Below, piece by piece: positions 1 through 12,724 of a stretch of DNA of 64,000 nt. The notes under the pieces are model-generated. The model was given only the letters and a program-made list of their open reading frames with translations. It was not told where the DNA came from and searched no databases. A program made the position numbers and the translations under genes. Numbering within the stretch: position 1 is the first letter of the stretch; every line of letters begins with the position of its first letter. The stretch is from the human T2T-CHM13v2.0 reference genome, Homo sapiens. The stretch is taken from NCBI RefSeq assembly GCF_009914755.1, contig NC_060934.1. One strand, written 5' to 3'.

Positions 1-1820
1 GCACTCAGCCAGCAGGACAAGGGCTCCCTTTCCTGTAGCATGTAAGAGTGGTACCACCAGCACAGGTCCCCAGGAGCTGGTCAGACCAGGAGAGGCCAGC
101 AAGACAGGGCAGGCAGAGCGTCCCTGGGGTCTTTACAGATGGGAGCCTGGAGAACCAACACTGCAGGAGAGAGAAAACAAGGTGAATTTCCAGGTCACAC
201 ACCGGTGCATTCCAAGTTCTCTAACTTGGCAGGTTCCTTCTTGCTTCTGCCAGCACCTTCCCGTGATAGAAACCAGGACAATCCCTGGGGTTGAACAAGT
301 GGGTTCATTTCACGTTTCAGCGAGGGACACCACCCCCCATCTCAGCAAGAGGGTACCTGGGAAGAGCTGGGAATAGGAGCTGGATGTGTGTGGGGTGGTC
401 CTTGGAGGCTTAGGGTGCAGGACTTTGCTCAGGAAGTGGGGCCAGGCTGCAGTTGGTGTCTCCACAGCCCGTGTCTAGAAGACGGAGGGAAGGCAGCCAG
501 GCTAGAGCCTCGAGTGGCAAAGTGCAGGCAGATGCCCGGGTGAGCCAGGGTCGGGGGTCTGGTCATTTGGGATTGGACCACGTCCGTGTTCTTCTCTGCG
601 TTCTGATGGGATATGCAAGGTCATGATTTGTCTGGATCAATCCTGGTCACAGAGTGGCCATGTGTGTGTGACGTGAGTGTTATGTGACATCATTTATGGT
701 CAGCGAAGGACAGCGAGGCCCAGCCAGTGGTACCAGCTCCTGGATGTCAGTGGCTGCTTTCTCTCTTTTTAGATCCTCATCCCCCTCCAAAATGTGGAGA
801 AACTCAAATATGTTTTTAAGGTGTGATCTCAGCCTGTCTTAGCAAGATGGATCAGAATGAACGCTCTGTTTTCATTACTTTCTTAGCACAGAGTATTTTA
901 CTATAAAAGCGCCATTCCTCTGCCAAAGAGACGCATCTATTTGCTTTGCCATGCCTTCGGAGATCACGGAGTGTCTATAATTAGGTTGTGAAACATGAGA
1001 TCCTTCAGCTGGTGTTGGCTGTTTTAAAAACAGGCTCATGCATTTGGAAGTAAGAAAATGTTACCATATACCATGGAAATTACGCAGAATTCTGTAACTG
1101 AAATCCAGAATGTAGGGTGGGGGTGGGGTTACTACATAAAAAAAAAAAAGAAAAAAAAAAAAAACCTTGACTTATTCCAAACAGCAGCCAAGGTGCTCAG
1201 TGGCATATGATGTTATGATTCAATAAAAAGAGTCTCATTTAAATTGCAGATGGTTATAAAATTGAGACTCTAAAGATAACTTTACTCTGCCAATGTATAG
1301 ATTAGTGATCTCTTAATAGAATAAAGTCACTTGTTCTCTTTGTTTGCAGTTATGTTTAAACTTCCCTAGAATGTGATTTCTAGGCAGCTCTCCTAAAATG
1401 TTCCCCCAGGACAGTGAAATTCAATGACACTGGATGATGTACAGGAAATAATAAAAAGGATCAGGATATGTCATCAGGAAAGTCCTCAAACTTTGTATTT
1501 GAGAATGAATTATTTATTAAAAGTTTTTGGAAAAGTCCTGGTGTTGCAAAACCAAGTTTTTGGATAAAGAAAGAAGGGAAATATTTGTATACATGAAAAT
1601 GCATCCTTTCTTAGAATTTACTGTGCAGACTTAGCTATGCAGTCAGGGGAAGGAGGAACTCACCTGGCGGGGGGCGGGGCCCTAAATATCTCACCCCAAG
1701 GGTCTGCGTGCCCACCTGCCTCAGGCCTCTGAGAGAGGAGGGGCCCTCCCCAGAGATGTGCAGGTAGAGACAGGGGAAGCACACTTTGGGTTTGGGGGAC
1801 CAGATTAGAACCAATGGTCA

Positions 1821-2141
<321 letters not shown>

Positions 2142-5100
2142 TTACTCTGTGGCAAATGGTGTGTCCACTGACTGCCGTGGCTGCATTTCTCCGAGGGTGA
2201 GGACTGCCCGTCAGAGAAACATGGCTTCATTTACACCCAGCACTCATCTTAGGGACCACAGCTTCACAATGCCCCACACCCCGCATCACTCGCCTCATTC
2301 TGGTGGTTTATTTTAACAATGTTTCACTGCACAAGGAATTCAAAGATACCACCAAGAAAATAAATAAATAGATCAATCAAAACAAGTGGCCCAAGACCCC
2401 ACTCTCCAGAGGAGGCCCTGGCAAGTACTCTGGATGCCTCCCCCACCCCCGCAGGTTTTTGCCTTCAAATGGAAGCACAAGGAGTGTCATTGTTGAGGTT
2501 TTTCTGAAAATGTTCTTTCCATCTGCATGTTCTAATTTTTCCTTTTGGGAAAAGTCACATGTATTATTTTGGTGTATTATTGTGGTATTATGTGAGTTTG
2601 CCTGCGTCTCTCGTTTTCTTTGCTGGGTTCTCTGCAGAGGCGGTATCCTTGGGATCGTCTGTGCCCATCTTCCACGACAAGCGTCTTTTCTGTAATTTCC
2701 TCCGTTAGTGCTTTGCTTGCACCTGCATTCACTGCACCGAGGGAGGCGTCTCAGTTGATTCCTAATGTTTTCGCCCTGCGATTGTGCTATGTGGGTAAAT
2801 TCATTTCCCCGTTTCTACAAGGTTTCTGTTCTCTTCCCTACTGTGTGAAATTGTGTTCTTCCGAGTTGAGTTCTTTACCTATTCATGTGCTTTATGTTTA
2901 ACTGGGACGATTCATTACTTGGTGGCCATGTGGTTTTACATGTTGATCATACTTGGACACCTACCTCAAGAAAATCTCTTTGGGGTGACTTCTTCCATCG
3001 TATCTGAGACTGAATTTCCATTGGGCCCCACAGTTTGAGGCTGGGTATCTCCTGTTCTCCCTAATTTTCATGAGAAGCATGAGGGCCAGGGAGATCCCCA
3101 CGGAAGTGGCGTCCAGTCTTTGTCAGGATGCCGGAGCATTCGGAAGGGAAGATTTGTCAAATCTCAGTGCTGCAAGGATGCCTCCCGTTGAGGACCGGGC
3201 CCTGGGCCACGAGCCTCTGGTTTCTCACCACCCCAAGGGCTCAGTATCCTCCTCCAAACCCACTGCCTCTGACCATACAGTGAGAAACAGAGAGCTGAGG
3301 GCACCTGCCAGCCTGTCAACCACTGTGAGGACCCCCTCGAGGCCCATGGAGCTGCGGTGGAGGGGCCGGGAGGCCACCCTGGGGGCCCAGGCATGGAGCT
3401 GTCAAGGGAAGGGCCACACGCCCCGGGTGGACAGTGGTGCCTCTGCCTCTCTACACGGGCTCTGACATCCTCTGAGGAGCCAGGTGCAGGGTCCCTGCCG
3501 GGAGCAGACTCGCTCTCCAAGCAGCACGGCCTGGCCCCATCAGCCACCGGCTGGAGGAGGAGCCCCTGGCTCAGCTCTGCAGAGAGCACCCAGCTCTTCC
3601 ATGCCCCCCTCCCCATTTCCCCTCAACTGCTGTTCTCTGACTCCTCAGAAGAGAGGAGGAGAAAGGAACCCCTTCAGCTCTGTGTCTCCCAAGTACGGGA
3701 ACTGGCGAGAAACCTCCAGACATCATCCCCTGGGACTTGGCTCTGCCCTGAGTCTGCACCAGCCGTGCAGGGTCCCTCGCAGGCTGCCTCGTGTTGACAT
3801 TCTTTGCATTTGGTGATTTCTCTTTCTTGGCTTGGTCGCCGTTGGTGATTATTTTTTCTCTTTGGATAGCTGTATGCTGGTGTTTTCCTCATGTGTGACA
3901 TACTGAGGTGGGGAAAATCTGAGCTGCAGTTTCTGTCTCTCCTCTGGTCCCGGACAGCACTCCCTAATATGACAAAGGCAGATTCCCGGGAAGGGACATG
4001 TGTGGCTGGGCAGGGGTCCTGGTGTCGCATTTCATAGCTGGGCCGAGTTCTCCCTTGCAGAGGTGGCACTGACCTGGACTGGCCAACAGCTCTGACTGGC
4101 CTCAACCCTGCGGCTGTTGCTGGGTGTGACGAGACCTTTTATCTTTGCTAATTTGATAACTACCATTTTACTTGGGTTTTCAACGTGTTTATGTTTTTAT
4201 TTCATATCCTTTTACCTATTTTTATGGGGGTTTTGCCCTGTTTTCCTTTTGATAAGTAATAAATCCTTATATTAAGGTAATACCTCTTTATAAAGCAAGG
4301 CTGAAGAATTTCTCACTGAAATTTGACATTTCAGAGAAAATGAGGGCTCAGATCTGGTCCTCCTCAGAGAGCCTTGCCTGTGAGCTGGGGTGGGGGGGGG
4401 CGGTAAATCGCTGGCATCCAGCCCATTCTAAATCATGATTCCGTCCTGGGACTCAGGCCACAATACGGCTCCTAGCCTACCACTTCGTGGTGTCGCCCTT
4501 ATGAGAGGTGTCCTGGGGTGCTGTGGGGGAGCGGGGGACAGGGTGTGGTGGCCACATCTCCTGGGGGAGAGGGGGGCTCTGGCCTGGGGTCTCCTCAGGC
4601 AGCCACTGATCCCACTGAAGGCTGATGCTGAGGCTGAGGCTGGCATTACCTGTGGCTTGGGATCTCTCTGTGTGCTCAGATCCCAGGGGCAGCCTTGGCC
4701 TCCCTCTGTCTATCTCCTACTATAGCCAGCATCCCCTCGGAGCTCAAACTGTGACTCCGTTGGTCCCCACTCTAATTATCCACTCTGCAGCTGCCCCTGG
4801 AGCCCCCACGCCACACCCTGAGGACCTTGGAAACCCCCTCTGAGAGGCTCTCACCTGCCTCCAGCCCAGGATGCACATTTGGGACTTAAGGGCACCTGAG
4901 AATCCAGCCTCGGGTCTCCTCCTCCTGACCCTGGAAGCTCCACAACCACTCTGCCTCCATTCCTTTCTGTCGCCATGGCAGAGCTCTGAGAAGAGAGGCC
5001 GGGATGCGCGTCTGACATCCTGGCTCTCCTGCCAGCCTCTCCTGCTCCTTCCAGAATCCCTGGGCTAATGAGGTCTCTGACCCCCTTTCTCATTGCCACT

Positions 5101-5439
5101 GGCGCAGCAGCCATGGACAGAGGGGCTATCCCCCTGTTCTCGCGGAAAGCTATCACCTGGCTCCCACAGAGTTAGGCAACAATGAGCAAAAGAGGCTTAA
5201 AAGGCTGATAAAACCCTTTCCCAAGAGGCCCCAAAGCTGCAGCTCACTGCAGCACCCGAGTTTACGTCTCCTCCTTCCGTGGCTGCTGTATGAGACCTGA
5301 ATCTCCATCAAGACGGATGCCGTGGGTTGGCCAGAGCAAAAGTCATCCACTCAGAAATGCAAAAGAGAAAAACTACTTTACATTTTGAAAAAGCAGAAAC
5401 TGTGTTTATGCATTTACCAAATTCCCAAATACTGACATC

Positions 5440-5660
5440 ATGTTCTCTGTGTTCCCATCACTGTTCTAAGAGCTTGACAAATAGTAATTTAGTTAATCTC
5501 TAACAACCCTATTAGATAGGTACTGTTATTCTCCCATTTTTTAGATGGAAAGCCTGAGGCGCAAGGCGTTCATGTAAATATAACATGTTCATCAGGAGTG
5601 CCCTGAATCCCAGGAACAGATTCCAGAAGCAGAATTGAGCTTCAGCCCTGGCAGCCTGGC
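5440..5660 (-). mobile_element. MIR fragment
   Basis: AACAACCCTATTAGATAGGTACTGTTATTCTCCCATTTTTTAGATGGAAAGCCTGAGG matches the reverse of the MIR core; ends approximate. Confidence 0.75.
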
Positions 5661-6199
5661 TCCAGGTCCTGCCCTTAGCCACCATGTGCCATCTCTGAAG
5701 GACGTGCGCTACTAATGGTGAAGTGCAAAGCAGCTGTGCATGCACAGAAAGGGGCATGAAGAGGCAGCCTCCACAGTGTGAATAAACACACCTGTGTTCA
5801 AAGACCATGCCCTGACAGCGCCCGGCAGGTGCAATGCAAGTCTTTCTCTGATATTCATTCACGGTCTTGGAATAGTTTTTGTTGTGCATAATTTTAATAG
5901 CATACATTTCTCAAATCCTCAATTTGTAGTAAGTTATGTGTCCTTTCATTCTATCTCTGCAGTAACCCCACACGGGAGGAACTTGTCCTTCCCATTTCAG
6001 AGATGAAAAAATAGAAAAACAGAGTTGAGTCCCTTGCCCAAGAGTCCCCACCAGATAAGGACAGAGCCAGGTGTGCCTGCAGCCACAGAGCCTCCAAACC
6101 AGGGTGTCCTGTGAGTTTTCTGCTGCCAGATAAACCTCACGGGATAAACCTTACCTCGTGCAAAAAAAAAAAAAATCTCCTGGTTTTTTTCCCGAGCTT

Positions 6200-7130
6200 T
6201 GATGCATTCATGTTTTTTTCTCTTTATATATAGATTCAATCCAGAATTTACTTTTCTTCGTAGTGTAAGCTAAGGATGGGCTTTAACATCCTCCCCCAAA
6301 TTTAATCAGTCATTCCACTAACATTTGTTGGATAAGCCAGCTTTTTTATTGACTGTGTCACTTGTAGCATATATCACATTCCCATTGCAATGCTCTGAAA
6401 TCTTGTGTCTATTTCACTGATTTTTCATTCTCTCTCTGACCTAAGTCACGTGCCATTTAAAGTTTAACTCTGAAAAACATGTTCACAACTAGTAGAGCAA
6501 GGTCTCCTCCATAGTGTGAAAATTTCAAAAAACGACCCTCTTTGTTCATTCAGTAATCCTGATAACTTTCAGACTCATCTGGGGATTTTGACCAGGATTG
6601 TGCTTTCAGATTAATTAGGAGAGAAATGGCATCTTTATAATATTGAGTTAATAATCCTTCCATACATTTGTCTTATTTTATTTCTTTCAGTAAAATTTTA
6701 TAGATTGCTTCATATGAGATTGCGTATTGCTTAAGTTTACTTCCAAGAATTTATGTTTGGTTGCTATTATGAAGCCATTGTATTTATGATGCTTTCTAAC
6801 TATTTCTAATGTTTGGCAGTTAAAAAAGCCATTGATTTTGGTGCATTTCTTTATTGCCAATTCTTCCTCCTTTGTACTCATTCTTATGGTTTTTCAGATG
6901 ATTCCCTTGGGCCTTTCAGATGGACAAGCGTAGGATACATTTTATTTGCACTAGATGCATCTATGCATTTTTTCCAGGAATACAGCCATAATTTTAATCA
7001 AATCCTTTTTATCAACGTGACTTCTTAGACATTCACCTCCAAACAATTAATGTGATAAATTATGTTAATATATTTTCTAATATTAAACCATCATTTAATT
7101 CCTAAAATAAGCCATGCTTGTGCCTCTAGT
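6200..7130 (-). mobile_element. Degraded old L1M ORF2 fragment(s)
   Basis: T-rich; antisense L1-like motifs such as AATTAGGAGAGAAATGGCATCTTTATAATATTGAGT; boundaries approximate. Confidence 0.55.
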
Positions 7131-7158
7131 GCTAATCTTATAAAAACGCTGGTTTGAG

Positions 7159-7325
7159 TGTGGATCAGTTTCCTGGGGTTGCTGTAACAAAGTGCCACAG
7201 GGTGGGTGGCTTCAAACAGCAGGGATGGACTCTCAGCTCCAGAGGCTGGAGTCTGAAACCAAGATGTGGGCAGAGCCTGCTCCCTCCAAAGCCACCAGGG
7301 AGGGTCCCCCCTGCCTCTTTCTCTG
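7159..7325 (-). mobile_element. MLT1 (MaLR) LTR fragment
   Basis: CAGTTTCCTGGGGTTGCTGTAACAAAGTGCCACAGGGTGGGTGGCTTCAAACAGCAG is the reverse of an MLT1 LTR 3' end. Confidence 0.8.
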
Positions 7326-7614
7326 AAAGTTTCACTGATCATTATCCTGTAGTTAGGTTGTGATGTCCCTCATTGTTGCAATGAACCTGTCTCAGCTTCT
7401 GGGGATAAGGTCAAAACTGAGCAGGACAATTTTAATAAAATCAAAAGGAGAGAAAGGCCGAGGAAGACTGGGGCAGGGACAGGGAGCCCGCAGCTCCAGG
7501 GAGTAAGCCGCCATAATTCTGGGCACTACACAACAACAAAAGGGGGAGCTCTGCGAGGTTAGGAAGCTACCTCAAGCCATCCCCCTTCCAACAATTCAGG
7601 AAAGCTAATTTCAC

Positions 7615-8375
7615 ATTAACAGGAAGCACAGCAGTCCATCAAGGGATGAGTGGAGATGCAAACTGTGGTCTCTCCATACAATGGAATAGTATGCAGCCTT
7701 AAAAGGGGAGGAAACTGACACAGGCTGCAACATGTGTGAAGCTTGAGGGCATGATGCTGAGCGAAATAAGACAGTCGCAAAAAGAAAAATACTGCATGAG
7801 TCCACTTCTGTGAGGTCCCTGGAGTAATCCAGCTCATAGAGACAGGAAGTAGAACAGCAGTTTCCAGGGGCTGGGGGAAGGGAAGTTAGTATTTAATAAA
7901 GACAGAGTTTCAGTTCTGTAAGAGGAAAAGACTCCCGGAGATGAATGGTGGCAATGGTTACCCAGCAAAGGGAATGCACTTAACACCACTGTGCCTGGAC
8001 TCTTAAAAAATGGTTACAGGGGCCGGGCATGGTGGCTCACGAATGTAATCCCAGCACTTTAGGAGGCCAAGGATGGCAGATCACGAGGTCAGGAGATCGA
8101 GACCATCCTGGCTAACACGGTGAGACCCCGTCTCTACTAAAAATACAAAAAATTAGCCAGGCGTGGTGGCGGGTGCCTGTAGTCCCAGCTACTCAGGAGG
8201 CTGAGGCAGGAGAATGGCGTGAACCCAGGAGGCGGAGCTTGCAGTGACCTGAGATCGCACCACTGCACTCTAGCCTGGGCAACAGAGCGAGACTCCATCT
8301 CAAAAAAAAAAAAAAAATGGTTACAATGGTAAATTTTATGCTACGTGCTTTTAATAGTTCAAAATATTGATTTAA
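7615..8375 (+). mobile_element. L1MB-like 3' end, interrupted by an Alu at 8021-8311
   Basis: CCATACAATGGAATAGTATGCAGCCTTAAAAGG...GAGCGAAATAAGACAGTC...ATGGTAAATTTTATG are typical L1MB 3'UTR motifs. Confidence 0.8.
8021..8311 (+). mobile_element. AluY-like element
   Basis: GAGATCGAGACCATCCTGGCTAACACGG and GGCGTGAACCC; TSD AAAAAATGGTTACA at 8005-8018 and 8312-8325. Confidence 0.95.
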
Positions 8376-8399
8376 AAAATGAGACATGACAAATTTTCA

Positions 8400-9400
8400 C
8401 TAACAGTATTTATAAGAAAATGGATAATATGGCACAGAATAATATCTATATGGACAATTAAAGCATGGCAGAGATGCAGCTCAGACAATGGGTGGAAACA
8501 GCTTAGTAGTAGTTCAAAATGAGATTACAGATTCTATAAAACATGCAATAAAAACAAAAATCATCATTTAAAAGAATTCAGAAATGAGACGATAAAACAG
8601 GAAGAATAAAAAATGCTAAAAATCACTTCAGAAATGAAAACTAAGCTATCAGAGACATGAATGGAGGAAACACAAGAGACAATACCTTAAGAAAAATAGA
8701 AGGTAACAAAGAAAGGCTTTTTAAAATAAAAAAGGAAGAAAGTAAGAAAGAAGGGGACTCAAGAAATACAAAAGGACAAATATGAAAGGCAGGCACAGAA
8801 GGTGGCATGTACAAATGGACCCTGCAGGAGAAAATCAAAGCAGGAAACAAAGTCAGTATAAAAACTGTCTTTCACAACAACTTTCCTTACTTTAAGAGAG
8901 ATTTAAAATGGCCATATTGAAAGTACATGCCAGCTACCTGAGAATATAGATCCAGAATAACCAACACCAAGATATACGCATTAAAATACTAAACTTTTAC
9001 AGAAAAATTAAAAAAAAACATTTTTGGCATCTAGGTTGAAAAGCAAGATATTGTAAGGAATACAAAAATAGAGTATCATCATGCTTTTACAGCAAAGCTT
9101 TATGCCTGAAAAAAGCTAAAATCTTATATCTATTAAGTTTTATTAAGGAAAAAATGTGAACCAAGAATCTTATACCCAGCAAAACTGACTTTCAAGTATC
9201 AAAGAGAGGAAGTGTTATCAGCATTCAAGAATTCAGAAATATTGTTCCCATGCGCCTATGCTAAGAGAGAGCTCATCCTAGAGAATGAACTTCAACCAAA
9301 AATGGCAACAAAGATTTTCATTAAAGACTAGTGATAAGCATTTATATAGTTACCTGTAGAACTAGGAAAATGAGGGCTAAAAGGGAGAAAAAATTGTATA
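8400..9400 (+). mobile_element. Old L1 ORF1-like / HAL1-like fragment
   Basis: A-rich; AAGAATCTTATACCCAGCAAAACTGACTTTCAAG resembles the L1 ORF1 C-terminal RILYPAKL motif. Confidence 0.55.
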
Positions 9401-10479
9401 TAATGGCTATATGAATTGACCATGTAGACACAATACTTCTATTTTAAAATGGAAGTGGAAACAGAAAACACACACAGAAAAATATTATTTTTAGCCATGA
9501 TATCAGTGGTGATAACATTATTACTGATATATAATATATACACACATATAATATTTTTATTCTGAAACAATTGTGTGTATAATGTGCAATAGAAGAAATG
9601 CGCAGTTCTGTGAGATATCCTGATTCTATCATCCTTGAGTGCTGCTAGAACTTTTGGTGTTGAACAAAGGAGACACAGATGTTAAATAAGAGGAGATTAA
9701 ATCAAACTCTTTCATCCTGAATTTGAATTGGAAGAAATGGCTCAAACTCCTAAGGCCTTTCCCAGCTCTGCCATCTATAGTGAGCACTCGCAGTGCTCCT
9801 GGGACAGTTGGGAAACACCTTTGCCACGGGATAAGTGGGGTTTCTCGGGGAAATGACTGCTCCCAGGTACTGGGGGAGTGGAATATGATCTGGGCCTGGG
9901 CAGCACCAGAGGGCGGAGAGGTCAAGGTGGCCATGGCTGTGTTACCAGGGCTCAAGTCCAACTTGAAAAGGCTCCTATTAGGGGAGATGGGACAATCTCA
10001 GTTTCAGGAAGGATGTTAATTTCAACTGATTGAAACTTATTAAATAAGTCTAATCCACAAATTAATAAGAAAATTCAGAGAATATTATATTCATGGAACG
10101 ACAGTGTCCCAGTTCATTATCTTGAAAACAGATGAAGAGAATCAAGCATTTAGCCTCGTCTGTCTGTGAGCTGTTCCTCAGGGGAAGCAAGTCATAGATA
10201 AGGGGAGGCATGTCTTTATCACAGCATTGCTGTTCAAGAACAGAAACCATGGTGCCATCAGGCTAACCATTGTGTAACCCATGATGGATTCATGACTCTA
10301 GCAGCATCCACAGCAGCTGGCATCGCAGAGAGAAGCAATCAAGTGTTATATGCCTCCCAATAAAGAAACAAAATGCCGACTGTAATCTTAAGAAAGAGAT
10401 CCTTAGGATCGGGCTCTGGATGCAGGAACCAATGTGCAGGTTGAGAGCACAGAAGATGGTGTTGTATTGCCCCATAACT

Positions 10480-10915
10480 TTGCACTTGGCAAAAGCCAGA
10501 CTGGGACATTCTATGGGCAAAAACCGTGAATTCTACAACAGGTAAGTTGTATGGGAAAGAAAAGAGTAGAAGGAGAACTTGTAGAATGAAAGGGATTTAA
10601 AGACCTCAGATTAAAAAGAAAATGGGCAAGAGGAAACTCTAGATTCTAGGCATGCACGTGACTGACAGACCACAAGAAGGGCAAGGACCAAGATGTTGAA
10701 TTCGTGGTGATGTTAATTTGAGGCAGGGGCTGGCGAGACTGACAGGGATGAGGAACATGTGGTTTCTGGAGAGTCTGCAAAGGTCCATTCCTCAACTTGG
10801 TGGTAGTTGCAGGGAGGTGGGGGAGGGCTGCTTTATCATAACCCATTTCAGCTGTGTGCGTGTTTTGTGTGGTTTTCCATATCTGTGTTTTGTTTTACAA
10901 TGAAAAGTCAGAAAA
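10480..10915 (+). mobile_element. Old L1M (L1MC/ME-like) 3' fragment
   Basis: Ends TTTTCCATATCTGTGTTTTGTTTTACAATGAAAAG, as in old L1M 3' termini. Confidence 0.5.
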
Positions 10916-12526
10916 AAACAAGTTTGGCAACCAGACATGATGTCCCTCTGCTGTGGTGACTTTTTAAACTTTTATGCAATACTGGCCCTGTCCCCTGCAC
11001 CTGGAGGAGTCCACAGGCAGCTGCTGTGGAACAGGTGAGCCAGCGAGCCATGAGAGGAGCAGCATCTGGGGCCAGTGACAGCATTCCAAATTAGAGAGAG
11101 CTAGAGGCCAGCGCAGAGCGGCTGACTGCAAGGCCTGAGACCAGAGTGGGGTTTAGTGAAACGGAGTGGCATTTGTGTGATTCCAGCCTGAAGTCTGGAG
11201 CAGCAGACCAGAGGGACAGCTGGAGACCCACATATGAAGAAGTGCCCGCCCACTCCTTGGGAAGAGCTCTGCATACACCCACATGTGAAACCACAGATAG
11301 GGCTCATTCACAAGGCAGCCCAGGTAACATGGAGTACAGAGAACCAGACCCCAAGAGCACGTCTGCAGATCTCCGGCATCTGAGGAGCCCACTTCCAGAC
11401 ATGCTGATGCAGGGGCAAGTGGTTTAGCTTACAACGTGGAAAGCTGGAAAGTGTCCCATTTTCATTTGTCAGACACAAGCCTTCCCTTGAATGTAAAGGG
11501 ATCTGCTTGCAGATGGCTCAAATTCCCAAGGTGCTGATTCTGCCCGTGTGTAACTGGAACCCCGAGTGTCCATCCAGATGGGAGGAGAAGCGTCTGGGCC
11601 CTGAAGCCCCGGCTGGCACCTTTCTACCACCACTCCTGGCAGATCTAGACATGCCCAGGGGCTGTACCGGTGCCAGAGGCCACACACCTCCCACAACAGA
11701 AACCCAGAATGGAAGCTTCCACTGTGAAATCACCAGTGTGGGATGCCGAAGAGGCACCAGGAAGTGTGGAATAAACGTTGCCTGTAATAAATGGCCCCTG
11801 CATACAATCAGGGTCTAATACAGTTAATCTACCAGTGCTTGTAATTACCCTTTTTTGTAAAGAAGGAAGTGATTTGTATTAACCCTCAAATGATACCAAA
11901 GATGCCTTTTGTCTTCCGTCAGCCCTGGTCCCATCCAACCTTCAGCAGGCAGTCTCAAATAAAAGGAAACTGCATTTCCACGATGAGGATCTTAGCTGCA
12001 TTTCCTTGTGGTGAAAGCACATCTAATCAGGTATCTGAGAAGAGATTTTTCAACATTATTAGAGAGTGGCAAATGCTGTTATTGTGGGACCCAGAATGAA
12101 ATCTCAGCCATAAACCTTCACTCATATTTGGAAAAGTGAATTATTCAATCTTGAGGCTGTAATAGCAGAAATGAATAATAAAACCATATCACAAGACCAA
12201 CAAAATCTAGTATTTGTATTATTTTTTAAGAATGGTTACTAAAAAAAATTTTAATTTTAAGAAATGGAGACAAAAAGTAGAATGAAAATATCAATCCTTA
12301 GGTTGTTGGGGACACCTGGGGTTTTTGAGATTTGTCATCTCCATCACAGGTGCCAGGTAAGCAGTTCATAAATGATCCATCAGGTGGCAGGTGGGGCAGC
12401 AAAGATTTAAATATGATGTTGATGGTGTGAGTTGCAAAGAAAACGTGAGGGTTTTACTGCCAAACATTCTGAGCTTTTGGATAGACAATGGGGCCTGGTA
12501 TACAGGAAACAACCAGACATCCTGCA

Positions 12527-12724
12527 GCCCATGAGGCTGAATCCCCGGGGGGGTGGGGACGCCCATGAGGCTGAATCCCTGGGGGCTGGGGATGCCCATG
12601 AGGCTGAATCACAGGGGGCTGGGACGCCCATGAGGCTGAATCCCCGGGGCTGGGATGCCCATGAGTCTGAATCCCGGGGGCTGGAGAACACCATGAGGCT
12701 GAATCCCCGGGACTGGGGACACCC
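12527..12724. repeat. Minisatellite, about 6 copies of a ~33-bp unit
   Basis: Repeated (GC)CCATGAGGCTGAATCCCCGGGGGCTGGGGAC with variable G runs. Confidence 0.95.

Noticed and set aside
170-770. Possible ERV LTR remnant
   Set aside because: Resemblance too weak to assign a family or boundaries without a Dfam search
12527-12724. CRISPR-like spacing of the ~33-bp repeat
   Set aside because: No unique spacers or cas genes, and the context is human; it is a minisatellite
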